A stretch of 52,269 bases of DNA. Source: Myxococcales bacterium. GTDB taxonomy: Bacteria; Myxococcota_A; UBA9042. Every line of letters starts with the position of its first letter. Position 1 is the first letter of the stretch. The notes beneath the pieces were generated by a model that saw only the letters and a program-made list of their open reading frames with translations, made no database searches and was not told the origin of the DNA. Below are positions 10,101 to 18,454 of the stretch, in pieces. The stretch lies in assembly GCA_037441385.1 (NCBI GenBank), contig JBBISH010000032.1, positions 1 to 52,269 of the forward strand. The letters run 5' to 3'. The translations under genes and the position numbers were made by a program.

Positions 10101-10410
10101 CGACGTGCTGGCGCACCGGCCCGGCGACGATCATGCCGCCCTGTTCTTGGCGCTGCACTGGCTGCGCCACCGCCAATACAGCGACGCCCTGCCCCTGCTG
10201 CATCAGGCGGCCAATTCGGGCGACAAGGATCTGGCCGAGGCGTGGTATCACTTGGCGCTGATCTACAAGGAACGCGACCAGTTGCCGCAGGCACTCAAAG
10301 CGGTAGAGACCTACCTAGAGCGGTCGACCAGCGACAACTACTACCGCGCCGACGCCGCCAGCTTGAAGAAAGTGTTGCAGACCACGTTGGGCGCGAAGAA
10401 GACGAAATAG
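7126..10410 (+). CDS. Zinc-ribbon (MJ0042-like) / single TM / tetratricopeptide repeat protein
   Basis: N-terminal CPHC...CPLC, low-complexity linker, one hydrophobic segment (LLAAAMLVAAAGVA), then many TPR-like helix pairs; GTG start with GAGG RBS. Confidence 0.85.
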   Translation: MNVRCPHCSAVFSTGGMPAGAAKSVECPLCLMRFEAQDEQTASVASISAQRPLPTALPTGESTATMGGPASKTVNLGSSGAGSPPSKVVATVIADADADIDIDFESLLSDASNAVDKHTVGNRTNPFARIAAPRSGAPAALDQEAIFAGAARRPSQVAPSAFDLAPTQVLAPGVSPLSEGRTSATGPSSPAGPALPAAEEESLFESGAISRAADPDMPRSRPIGIEPAERRPARSAGRGGKTQSKGKVKPLFTFDRLLAAAMLVAAAGVATDYAGLGLFASKLWKAEAPDKNRPQRAVPADLSKAVALDDTRQSYELELARLDKLSKLRKDDEQVRARRITLYLDLYERYPEALEEPEIKAGFESLKKAGALPKARLAALEANAKEGPAAALAHADALKAGSPDDRGLLARMYQLDFQMRLRRQALDRPGLTAAPDTDPLRTPAGDDVGLSAAATLIDGVLAQNPKLENAIKFKALRGAIADAQGRYAEAEAILTPLVHVAPENLEVRLTLASALLDAGKAEQAQTHLDKITVTLVSTPQPWVAREQNLIVARQAGRRGDHDSQISALATVLESNPSDELTTVRVARLNMLEKHLDDANKLLVAGKSKHKFRSVAFVVAMTEYWLMVNRNDDALAEISEATKAAPDSLELLYLRGQVEDKQSHYATASNYFAQVLQREPRHLRAAIRLAELQSAAGRHDEALATLEQARKKVGDEENLLRLAAEELGLLKRDDEARRLLSQLLAAQPDNRRYLLRAAQMDLRSGNPDVALTSLRKLRAQKALDRNAATQMTMALVDKKNFAEAAATIEPFADEAPTDIELNTLAGKVELDAQEVEKATVYIGRAVQTANGKSAEALFQYGRLAFRKGDVAQGISRIKQAVEIDTSAHFYRFELARQLLERHPDAPLRKLAVEQLQSVVRSATAFEQIGKPVRYLPEVHRLLAKAFLIDHQYNKAVAALKALLELKPDDLDGKAQLGRCYVEQGNDAGGQILRDVLAHRPGDDHAALFLALHWLRHRQYSDALPLLHQAANSGDKDLAEAWYHLALIYKERDQLPQALKAVETYLERSTSDNYYRADAASLKKVLQTTLGAKKTK

Positions 10411-10424
10411 GAGTCTTTCTCGGT

Positions 10425-12266
10425 CTATCTGGACTTGCGACGTAGTTGCACCGCCAGGCCGGCCAGACCCAGCAACCCGGCCAGGGCCCACGGTGCCTGC
10501 TGACGCGTCGGGCCGCCCATGCAGCCCGAGCTTTGGGGCGCGATCACGGCATCGGTGACCGGCGGCGTCCAGCGCTTGGCGGCGGCCTTGAGCACCGTGC
10601 CCTGCGGCAGCGACGGCGTACCCCACTTGGCACCGGCAATCGCCTGATCGGCCAGGGTAATCTGGCTGGCGTCCACCGCGATCGGGTCGCCCGTCTCGTC
10701 CAGTAGCTCCACCGTCAGCGCCGCCGGCGCCTTGGTCATGCGCGGGTCCAAGGCCAGGTTGGGCAAATTGCTCCCGTCCGCTTGTTGTTGATTGGCGAGC
10801 AGCCACGAGCCCAGCCCGGCGATGGTGACGCGATAGCCGTTCTGGCCCTGGTTCTGGCCCAGACACACCGGGCCATAGCCGCCCTTGATGACGTTGCTGA
10901 CGTCGGGCAGCGTGCCGCTGAAGGCAAACACGGGATCGCGGGTCATCTCGTCGGGCGAAATGCGCATGACCATGCGGGTAAAGCGGCCCTTGGCTCCACC
11001 ACTCGCGCCGATGGCGGTCAAGGCCTTGGTCATGTCACGCAGCGGTCCGGCGAATTCCTTCTCGAGCGTAGCGGCGAGCGCGGCGCCGTCGACTGGGGTC
11101 TGAGTGCTGGCTGGACAGCTCGTCAACCCCTGGTAGTACTTCACCAAGTCCGTCGCGCCGGCGCTGGAGCCGAATTTGAACAACGGGTCGATGATCGAGA
11201 CGGTCTCTTTGGTCATCGGCAACTTGCGCGCCGACAGGTCGTTCCAGGCCGCGCAAACCGTGGTCGTCTTGGCCACGGCCGAGGTGTCGATCGCAGTGTA
11301 GTCGACCAGCGGCTCTTCGCTGGGGCTGCCATAGGCGAACGGCGAGGGCACGCGGACGATCGTGGGAATTTCCCCGGCAAATTCGGTGATGAAGGCCCGC
11401 CCGGACGCCTCGTCGATGGCCGCCGCGACCACCTGCTCGTAGTTCTTGGCGCCGTGCAGCAAGTCGAGCCGCACCGGGTTGATGCGCACGTGCAGGTGAT
11501 TCTTGGGGATCGCCCGCCCAGGCCCGGCCACGTAAACCTGGATGGTTGTGTCGTTTTCGGCGGCGATCGAGGTGAGCTTGAGCGGTACGCACGGCTCGGC
11601 GTCGTCCATCTCGAGCGCAATGGGCTTGATCTGATCGACGCCCTTGCCGGTGGCCAACTTGACCGCCACGAACACGTCGCCCTTGGCCACATGCTCGCCC
11701 AGTACGCTCTTGGCCTTGGCCGGCGTGTCAAAACCATTGGTAGTCAGCCAGTTTTGCACGTCGTCGGCGGTTTTGCCCTGGATGATCTGGTAGTCGTACG
11801 GCCCCACCTGATCGTGCTGCAGCACCGTCACGCCGCTGCCGCCGCCGCCGCCTTTTTCGCTGACCGAGGCGGTGGCAAGGCTCCCAGAGTCCGCCGAGCC
11901 GCAACCTACGCTGGTGCCCCCCGTGTTGCAGCCCTCGCTGGGCAGAGCATCCAGCTCCAAGCGCGGTGCGGTGCCCAGGTCCAGGCGATCGAACAAGTAG
12001 CTAGTCCCCACGCCCACTTTGGGCACCTTGGGCAGCGGCAGCACCCAGCCAAAGCCATCGGCCGGGCCGCTGTAGCGGATCTCGACCCACACCGTCGATT
12101 TCTTGGTGGCCGGGTCGCGGACGAACAAGATGCGCTCGGCGTTCTGCAAAATCGGCGCCGCGCTGTTGATGGGCGGCACGAAGCAGCCGCCGCAAGCCCA
12201 CGCAGGGGTGCCTACGGCGGTGGTTGCGAGCAGGGCGATGGCCAGAAGGCGGCGCAGGCTTTTCAT
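10425..12266 (-). CDS. DUF2330-family secreted protein with MYXO-CTERM-like anchor
   Basis: Signal peptide, then ACGGCF, QNAERILF, IRYSGPADGFGWVLPLP, VGPYD, PCVPLKLT. C-terminus is SSGC plus a hydrophobic segment and RRKSR. GGAG RBS. Confidence 0.85.
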   Translation of the reverse strand: MKSLRRLLAIALLATTAVGTPAWACGGCFVPPINSAAPILQNAERILFVRDPATKKSTVWVEIRYSGPADGFGWVLPLPKVPKVGVGTSYLFDRLDLGTAPRLELDALPSEGCNTGGTSVGCGSADSGSLATASVSEKGGGGGSGVTVLQHDQVGPYDYQIIQGKTADDVQNWLTTNGFDTPAKAKSVLGEHVAKGDVFVAVKLATGKGVDQIKPIALEMDDAEPCVPLKLTSIAAENDTTIQVYVAGPGRAIPKNHLHVRINPVRLDLLHGAKNYEQVVAAAIDEASGRAFITEFAGEIPTIVRVPSPFAYGSPSEEPLVDYTAIDTSAVAKTTTVCAAWNDLSARKLPMTKETVSIIDPLFKFGSSAGATDLVKYYQGLTSCPASTQTPVDGAALAATLEKEFAGPLRDMTKALTAIGASGGAKGRFTRMVMRISPDEMTRDPVFAFSGTLPDVSNVIKGGYGPVCLGQNQGQNGYRVTIAGLGSWLLANQQQADGSNLPNLALDPRMTKAPAALTVELLDETGDPIAVDASQITLADQAIAGAKWGTPSLPQGTVLKAAAKRWTPPVTDAVIAPQSSGCMGGPTRQQAPWALAGLLGLAGLAVQLRRKSR

Positions 12267-12280
12267 GACGTTCTCCAGGT

Positions 12281-13456
12281 CTAGAAGGTCTTGGCAAGGG
12301 CACCCACCGCCCGCAGCAGCGCCGGCAGGTCTTCGTCGCTGTCCAGGGCCGGCGTGCGCCACAGTTCGGCATGGGCCGGCAACAGCGCCACCACCGGGCC
12401 GCCATTTTCGTTGTCGGCCACGGCCAGCGGGCGCACCGTCCCAGCAAAGGGCCGCGTCACCGGCGCCGTGGACCACTGGGCCGACATCGCCGCGGCGCGG
12501 TCGGCCAGGTCCACGTCGTCGGGCAGCTGCGGCGCCAGGGCGTGCAAGCACAGTCCATCGGGCAAGGTGGCCGCGTGGAGCGGGCTGGACAGCGCCTCGG
12601 CCAGCGAGGCCGGCAGGCGGTCGCCCAGCAGTGCCAGCGCCGACAGGGCATCGTTGATCGGGAACAGCAAGCGTAGTTCGCCGTCAAGGGCGCGCACCGC
12701 CACCTGCGTGCCGTCGCCGTCGCTGGGCGTCTTGGCCGGGGCCGAAGAGCGCAGCACCGCCGAGAACGGGGCATTTTCGCCCGCCTGAATCTTCAGGTCG
12801 TGCAAGGTCCAGGCCGCCGCGGGCCCCAGCGTCGCCAGCACCTGGCGGATCCCGTGCCAAGCTTGCCCCAGAGGTGCATGACCTTCGATGCGCGCCGTAA
12901 AATCGCAAGCCGGAAAGCGCCAGATATTGCGGGGTCGGGCCATCTCCAGCCGGACCAAATCCAGCGCGGCATCTTCCGGCATGCCCCCCGCCGCCGCGGG
13001 ACTCAGCACGGCCAAGTCGGCATCCGACGCCTCAGCAGCCAGCAGATCCGCGGCAAATTCGGCCGTGCCCAGCGCCGGACCGCGCACGTAGAGCAACTCC
13101 CACGGCCGCTGCGCGTGCGACGACAACAGACCGTGCAGCACCGCCAACCAAGCGATCCCCAGTGCGGGCCCGCCCAGGCTGTGCAACCGCGCCGGCCACT
13201 GCCCTTGCGGATCCGCACTGTGCAAGGCGGGCAGCTCCAAGTCGATGGCCAGCACGACCAGCCGCTTTTGGGCACTGGGCGCGGCCGGTCCCGAAGTGCG
13301 CACGACCAGCGCGTCGCCCCACGGCAGCGCCACCGCCTGCTCGCGCACATGGCAGCCCGCAGCAAACAACAAGTCCAGCAAACCAAAACGGAAGCCAAAC
13401 GCATCGCTGTGGCGTTGGCGCAAGAGCGACGCAGCTCGGGTCAGATCGAAGGGCAT
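12281..13456 (-). CDS. Hypothetical protein, possible degenerate M20 peptidase/deacetylase fold
   Basis: GAGG RBS; fills the gap upstream of the DUF2330 gene; element order resembles M20 but the metal ligands are absent. Confidence 0.65.
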   Translation of the reverse strand: MPFDLTRAASLLRQRHSDAFGFRFGLLDLLFAAGCHVREQAVALPWGDALVVRTSGPAAPSAQKRLVVLAIDLELPALHSADPQGQWPARLHSLGGPALGIAWLAVLHGLLSSHAQRPWELLYVRGPALGTAEFAADLLAAEASDADLAVLSPAAAGGMPEDAALDLVRLEMARPRNIWRFPACDFTARIEGHAPLGQAWHGIRQVLATLGPAAAWTLHDLKIQAGENAPFSAVLRSSAPAKTPSDGDGTQVAVRALDGELRLLFPINDALSALALLGDRLPASLAEALSSPLHAATLPDGLCLHALAPQLPDDVDLADRAAAMSAQWSTAPVTRPFAGTVRPLAVADNENGGPVVALLPAHAELWRTPALDSDEDLPALLRAVGALAKTF

Positions 13457-13571
13457 GGTACCTCGCTGTCTTGGTAGCTACTCCATGCGCCGCCGAAACT
13501 CAAGCGTGTTGACGACCACGCCCGTCTGGCCGACGCTATAGAGCAGGCCCGCCGCGAGGCCGCGAGTCGCC

Positions 13572-14627
13572 ATGCCCGGCTTCCCCAGCGCCGTTGTGCC
13601 CCGCCCTCTTGGGCTCAGCCCGTTGTGCCACGACGCCGGCATCCAGGTTCCCATCTTGTGCGGCGCCATGTATCCGTGCAGCAACTGGGAATTGGTGGCG
13701 GCCGCCAGCGCTGCCGGCGCGATGGGCATCGTGCAGCCGATCGCCTTGGTCTACGCCCATGGCGGCGACTTTCGCGACAGCTTGCGCAAAATCCGCGCCG
13801 CCAGCGGCGGCAAGCCGATCGGCATGAATTTGCTGGTCGAGGCCTCTAGCCGGATGTACCTGGACCGCATGCGTCGCTGGCTGGACATCGCACTGGAAGA
13901 GGGGGTGCGCTTCTTTGTCTCGTCGCTGGGCCATCCCGGCTGGATTGTCGAGAGGGTGCGCCCGCTTAGCGGTGTGGTCTACCACGACGTGACCGAGCGC
14001 AAGTGGGCCGAGAAGGCCCGCGACGCGGGCGTGCACGGTCTGATCGCTGTCAATCGCCGCGCTGGGGGGCACGCCGGGCCCTTGAGCCAAGAGCAGCTCA
14101 TCGCCGACCTGCTGCCACTGGGCCTGCCCGTGGTGTGCGCCGGCGGCGTGGGCAACGAGCACGAATTCGTGCAGGCGTTGCAGCAGGGCTACGCCGGCGT
14201 GCAAATGGGCACGCGCTTCATCGCGACGCACGAGTGCAGCGCCCACGCCGACTACAAGCAAGCCATCGTGGCGGCGCGCGGCGACGACGTGGTCCTGACC
14301 GACAAGATCTCGGGCGTGCCGGTGGCGGTGATCAAGACGCCCTTTGTCGAGGCCGTGGGTCTCAAGGCCAACCCGGTGGCGGCGCGCCTGCTGCGCCATC
14401 CCCGCGGCAAGCACTACATGCGCCTGTACTATTCGCTGATTACGCTCTTTCGCCTCAAGCGAGTCCACGCCCGCGGCGCCGGCTATCAGCAGTACTTCTT
14501 GGCGGGCAAGTCGGTCGACGGCATCCAGCGGGTCGAGTCCGTGGCCGAAGTGGTGGCGCGCTTTGCCCAAGCCGCCCAGCAGGCCGCGAGTTCGGCGAGC
14601 CAATTGGCCAGCGCAGGCCCACCGTGA
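13572..14627 (+). CDS. Nitronate monooxygenase family FMN oxidoreductase
   Basis: PILCGAMYPCSNWELVAAASAAGAMG, AGGH catalytic His, PVVCAGGVG, GVQMGTRFIATHE. Confidence 0.92.
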   Translation: MPGFPSAVVPRPLGLSPLCHDAGIQVPILCGAMYPCSNWELVAAASAAGAMGIVQPIALVYAHGGDFRDSLRKIRAASGGKPIGMNLLVEASSRMYLDRMRRWLDIALEEGVRFFVSSLGHPGWIVERVRPLSGVVYHDVTERKWAEKARDAGVHGLIAVNRRAGGHAGPLSQEQLIADLLPLGLPVVCAGGVGNEHEFVQALQQGYAGVQMGTRFIATHECSAHADYKQAIVAARGDDVVLTDKISGVPVAVIKTPFVEAVGLKANPVAARLLRHPRGKHYMRLYYSLITLFRLKRVHARGAGYQQYFLAGKSVDGIQRVESVAEVVARFAQAAQQAASSASQLASAGPP

Positions 14628-17314
14628 GCGCCGAACCCATCGCCGTGCGCCTGAGGGCGCTGACCCGGGCTTCGCTGGACCAGGCCTGGGCCACGTTTGC
14701 CGACACCGACCGCTTCAACCGATTGGCGGGCCTGGACTTTCGCTTCGAGTTCGACTTCACCCAGGCCGGGCGGGCCCAAGGCACCGGCCAGTACCGCCAC
14801 CTGGGGATGCAGCTGACTTGGCGCGAAGTGCCGGTGGTGTTCGAAGCGCCGCGGCATTTCGCCATCGAGCGGCTCTACGACAGTGGCCCGATCGTCCGCG
14901 CGTTGACCGAAATGCGGCTGACCGAGCGGAGCGAGGGCACGCAAGTCGAGATGGACACCCTGCTTTGGCCGCGCCAGCCCCTGCTGCGCGCCGCGGTGGC
15001 GGTGGATGCCGAGCTGACCCTTAAGCCCAAGATGACCAAGGCTTTTCAGACCCTGGTGCGGGCGCTGCAAGCGGGGGCCGAGACGCCGGACTTGGCACCG
15101 CCGGCCCTGAGTCGCGCGGCCGAGGCGCAGCTGGTGGCGGCCCTGCCGAGTCTGCACGATGCCGAGGTCGAGGCGCAGCTGGCGGCGTTCTTGCGGGCGG
15201 CGCCCTTGGTCGAGCAAGCGCGCCTGCGGCCTCTGCAATTGGCCAAGCGCTGGCGCCTGCCCGAGCGGCAGGTCACGGCCGGGCTGCTGCGGGCGGCGCG
15301 CGCCGGGCTCTTGCAGGTGCAGTGGGAGATGCTGTGCCCCTCGTGCAAGATGCCCACCGCCAACCCAGAAAAGCTGGAGTTGGCCAAGGTGTCGGCCCAC
15401 TGCCCGGTGTGCGACGTCCGCTACGATGCCAGCTTCGCCGACTCGATCGGCCTGTCGCTCAAGCCGACGCCGGCAATTCGCAGTCATTTTAGCGAGGTCC
15501 GTTGCCTCTCCAGCCCGGCGCGAATGCCCCACCTGCTCGGCCAGTGCCAGGTGGCGCCGCGCCAAGAGCACGCTTGGACGCTGGATTTGCTGCCGGGCAC
15601 GTACCGATTGCGCGGCTGGCCGCAGCTGGAACCGCTGGTGGTGGTGGTGCGCAGCGAGGCGACCCGCCACGAGCAAAGTGTGCAAGCTGGGCCGCTCGCC
15701 ATGAGCCCGCCCATCGTGCGCCTAGCGTCGGGGCGCGTGACGCTGCAAGTGCGCAGCAAGCTGGATGTTCCCCTGACGTTGGTGCTCGAGCGGCCCGGGG
15801 TCGAGCCGGCCACGCTGACGGTCGGGCGGCTCTTAGAGTGGCCCGAAGTGGCCGATCTGTTGCCCGGCGGCAGCCTGGACTCGGGGATGCAGTTGCTGCC
15901 GGCGGTGGCCTGGTGCACGGCCGTGCGCGTCGAGCGCGGCGGACAGGTGGCCGAGCAGGCGGCGGGCGACGCAGTGCGCGCCTTGGGGCCGCGAGCGCTG
16001 CAAGTATCGACGGGCTGGGTGCTGGCCACGTGGCCCAGCGAGCACGAGGCGGTGGCCGCAGTGACCAAGCTGCAGGGGACTCCCTGGCTGGCGGGTGCGC
16101 TGGGCCACGGGCCCCTGCTCGAGATGTTCAGTCCAGACGGCGAAAGTGGAGGGCGGCGGGTCGCATCGGGCGCCGTACTGCACGAACTGACCGCGTTGGC
16201 CCAGCAAGCCGAGCCCGGACAGTGGCTGGCCCTGCAACCGGCCGCGTGGCCGACCCCGCTGACCTCGCTGGTTCGCACGCAAAATACCAATGGCACAACA
16301 GAGTTGCGCTCCGTCACGCCCGCTGCGCCGCTGCCGCCGCCTTTCAACTCCCAGCGGCCCTTGTCGACCGGTGATGTGCTCGACGGCCGCTTCGTCATCG
16401 GCGAGCAGATCGGCCAGGGTGGTTTTGGGGTCGTGCACTTGGCGCACGATCGCCTGCGCAATGGCGAGGTCGTCATCAAGCTGCTTCGCGGCGAGTTGGC
16501 CGGCGATCCTGTGCAAGTTCAGCGATTTTTCGACGAAGGTCGCTTGGCGGCGCGGCTGGTGCACCCACACGTGGTCGAGGTTCACGAATGGGGTCTGGCC
16601 GAAGACGGCCGCCTGTTCGTGGCAATGGAGCGCCTAAATGGCCGTGAACTCGGCGAAATTCTGACCAAGACCCGCACTCTGGACCCGGTCCGGGCGCTCC
16701 GCTTGAGTCGCGAAGCCCTGGCCGGTTTGGCCGAAGCGCACCGCCAAGGTTTGGTGCACCGCGACATCAAGCCGGCCAATTTGTTCGTGGTGGGCGAGGG
16801 CACGCCAAGCGAGTCGTGCAAAGTCATCGACTTTGGCATCGCGTTGGACTTGACCGGCCAAGTGGGCTCGCCCGAACAAGCTGGCCAGGTCATCGGCACG
16901 CCGATGTACATGGCCCCCGAGCAAGTGCGCGGCGAACCGCTGGATGGGCGCTGTGACATCTACGCCATGGGCATCGTGTTGTATCAAACGCTGACAGGGG
17001 GGCTGCCTTTCGTGGGCGACACGGTCATGGCCTTGCTGGTGGCGCGCTTGGTGCAAGCGCCACGGCCGCTGGGCGAGACCTGCGGGCAGCCGCTGCCGCA
17101 CGGAGTGGCGGCGTTGGTCGAACGAGCGCTGGCGCTCGACCCCAAGGAGCGCCCGGCCTCGGCGGCGATCATGGCGAGCGAGCTGGAGCGCCTGTTGGCT
17201 GGGGCCGGCAATCCGGCCCGTTGGAAGCAGACTTGGCAAGATCACGCAGCCAGTGCCGCTACCGCTGAACTCCCCTATGCCCCCACTGCGCTGGATTCAC
17301 GGCGCGGAGGCTGA
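14624..17314 (+). CDS. Ser/Thr protein kinase with N-terminal SRPBCC-like, DUF5939-like (CxxC..CxxC) and degenerate cyclase-like domains
   Basis: GTG start overlaps the upstream stop (GTGA). Kinase motifs GQGGFG, VIK, HRDIKPAN, DFG, GTPMYMAPE and DIYAMG are intact. N-terminus WATFADTDRFNR; CPSC...CPVC. Confidence 0.9.
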   Translation: MSAEPIAVRLRALTRASLDQAWATFADTDRFNRLAGLDFRFEFDFTQAGRAQGTGQYRHLGMQLTWREVPVVFEAPRHFAIERLYDSGPIVRALTEMRLTERSEGTQVEMDTLLWPRQPLLRAAVAVDAELTLKPKMTKAFQTLVRALQAGAETPDLAPPALSRAAEAQLVAALPSLHDAEVEAQLAAFLRAAPLVEQARLRPLQLAKRWRLPERQVTAGLLRAARAGLLQVQWEMLCPSCKMPTANPEKLELAKVSAHCPVCDVRYDASFADSIGLSLKPTPAIRSHFSEVRCLSSPARMPHLLGQCQVAPRQEHAWTLDLLPGTYRLRGWPQLEPLVVVVRSEATRHEQSVQAGPLAMSPPIVRLASGRVTLQVRSKLDVPLTLVLERPGVEPATLTVGRLLEWPEVADLLPGGSLDSGMQLLPAVAWCTAVRVERGGQVAEQAAGDAVRALGPRALQVSTGWVLATWPSEHEAVAAVTKLQGTPWLAGALGHGPLLEMFSPDGESGGRRVASGAVLHELTALAQQAEPGQWLALQPAAWPTPLTSLVRTQNTNGTTELRSVTPAAPLPPPFNSQRPLSTGDVLDGRFVIGEQIGQGGFGVVHLAHDRLRNGEVVIKLLRGELAGDPVQVQRFFDEGRLAARLVHPHVVEVHEWGLAEDGRLFVAMERLNGRELGEILTKTRTLDPVRALRLSREALAGLAEAHRQGLVHRDIKPANLFVVGEGTPSESCKVIDFGIALDLTGQVGSPEQAGQVIGTPMYMAPEQVRGEPLDGRCDIYAMGIVLYQTLTGGLPFVGDTVMALLVARLVQAPRPLGETCGQPLPHGVAALVERALALDPKERPASAAIMASELERLLAGAGNPARWKQTWQDHAASAATAELPYAPTALDSRRGG

Positions 17315-17362
17315 TCCAGCCAAGTGTTTTGCTCGATTGCCGCGTTTTCGGCCGGGCAGCCT

Positions 17363-17390
17363 TTGACCTTTTCCGGCCAAACACTATCAT
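17363..17390 (+). promoter_or_regulatory. Putative sigma70 promoter
   Basis: TTGACC-N16-TATCAT upstream of the 17482 gene. Confidence 0.45.
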
Positions 17391-17481
17391 ACTCCTCGGC
17401 CGGAGCCGCTGCGGCGCCGTTGCCGCGACTGCCCGGCGTGACGGTGCAGCCCACGTCGATATCTGATCTTGGAGGAATGGA

Positions 17482-18234
17482 ATGAAGATGTTCAAGAACA
17501 TGGCCGTCGTTGCCGGTGTCGCCAGCATGCTGGCCCTGACCGCGTGCGACGCCAGCGTGAGCGACAGCGATGCCGGTGATGCCAGCAGCGACACCAGCAC
17601 CGGTAGCGACAGCACCGGCGGCGGCGACACCACCGCGGGTGGCACCAAGTACAGCTGGGTGATCATCGACGGTTCCAAGAACCCCGACTGCAGCACCAAC
17701 TCGCCCGGCCCCGACATCGACGCCATCGCGCTGTACCGCAAGGTCGGCACCGACTGGAAGCTGATGGGCATGGCCAAGGCCGGCACGCAGATCGTCAAGT
17801 CCCCGGCCACCCCGAAGTGCATCGACCAGAACGATCACAACACCGACATCTCGATCTGCGGCCCCGTCAACGGCACCGTCTCGGCCACCGCCAAGGACAC
17901 TGGCTACTTCGGCCTGGGCGATCGCAGCGTGTACGTGCAGATCGGCGCTTGCTCGGACGGCACCCAGGATCTGAAGAAGTGCGACGGCGCTGGCGCGGTC
18001 CAAGAGATCATGCTGGGCGACCAGCTGGCGGTTTGGGAAGTCGACCAGTCGTACAAGACCGCGTGCAAGAACGACGGCAACGACGCTCCGCAGTGCGGCT
18101 ACGCGTACGCTGGCTGCACCTGCACCACCGAGCAGTACGGCGTGGGCGTGGCCACCACCAGCGACGCCAGCACGTTCCTGGATCTGGGCACCCAGACCGG
18201 CACCCAGATGTTCATCGACGTCAAGAAGCAGTAA
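17482..18234 (+). CDS. Cys-rich lipoprotein of unknown function
   Basis: GGAGG RBS, lipobox LTAC, Asp/Ser/Thr/Gly tether, 9 further Cys, very strong C/G third-position bias. Confidence 0.88.
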   Translation: MKMFKNMAVVAGVASMLALTACDASVSDSDAGDASSDTSTGSDSTGGGDTTAGGTKYSWVIIDGSKNPDCSTNSPGPDIDAIALYRKVGTDWKLMGMAKAGTQIVKSPATPKCIDQNDHNTDISICGPVNGTVSATAKDTGYFGLGDRSVYVQIGACSDGTQDLKKCDGAGAVQEIMLGDQLAVWEVDQSYKTACKNDGNDAPQCGYAYAGCTCTTEQYGVGVATTSDASTFLDLGTQTGTQMFIDVKKQ

Positions 18235-18277
18235 GCCGCAAGGTCCTGTTTCTGCGTAGATACGCATAGAAGCAAAG

Positions 18278-18336
18278 GCTACGGGGCTCCCGGCCCGGCG
18301 AGTGATCGTCGCAGTCGGGGGCCCCGCAGCATTTTT
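18278..18336 (+). terminator. Long GNRA-capped hairpin plus T-tract (probable intrinsic terminator)
   Basis: GCTACGGGGCTCCCGGCCCGGCGA-GTGA-TCGTCGCAGTCGGGGGCCCCGCAGC followed by ATTTTT. Confidence 0.7.
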
Positions 18337-18454
18337 CGGGCTGGGCGAACCCAGCGCGCGATCGGTGCCGACGATGCCCAGGTTTTTGCAGGCTAGCCGG
18401 TCCGTGCTATCGTACTCGCTGGCGACCCGTGCAGGGCATGGGCAAGGTACCGCG

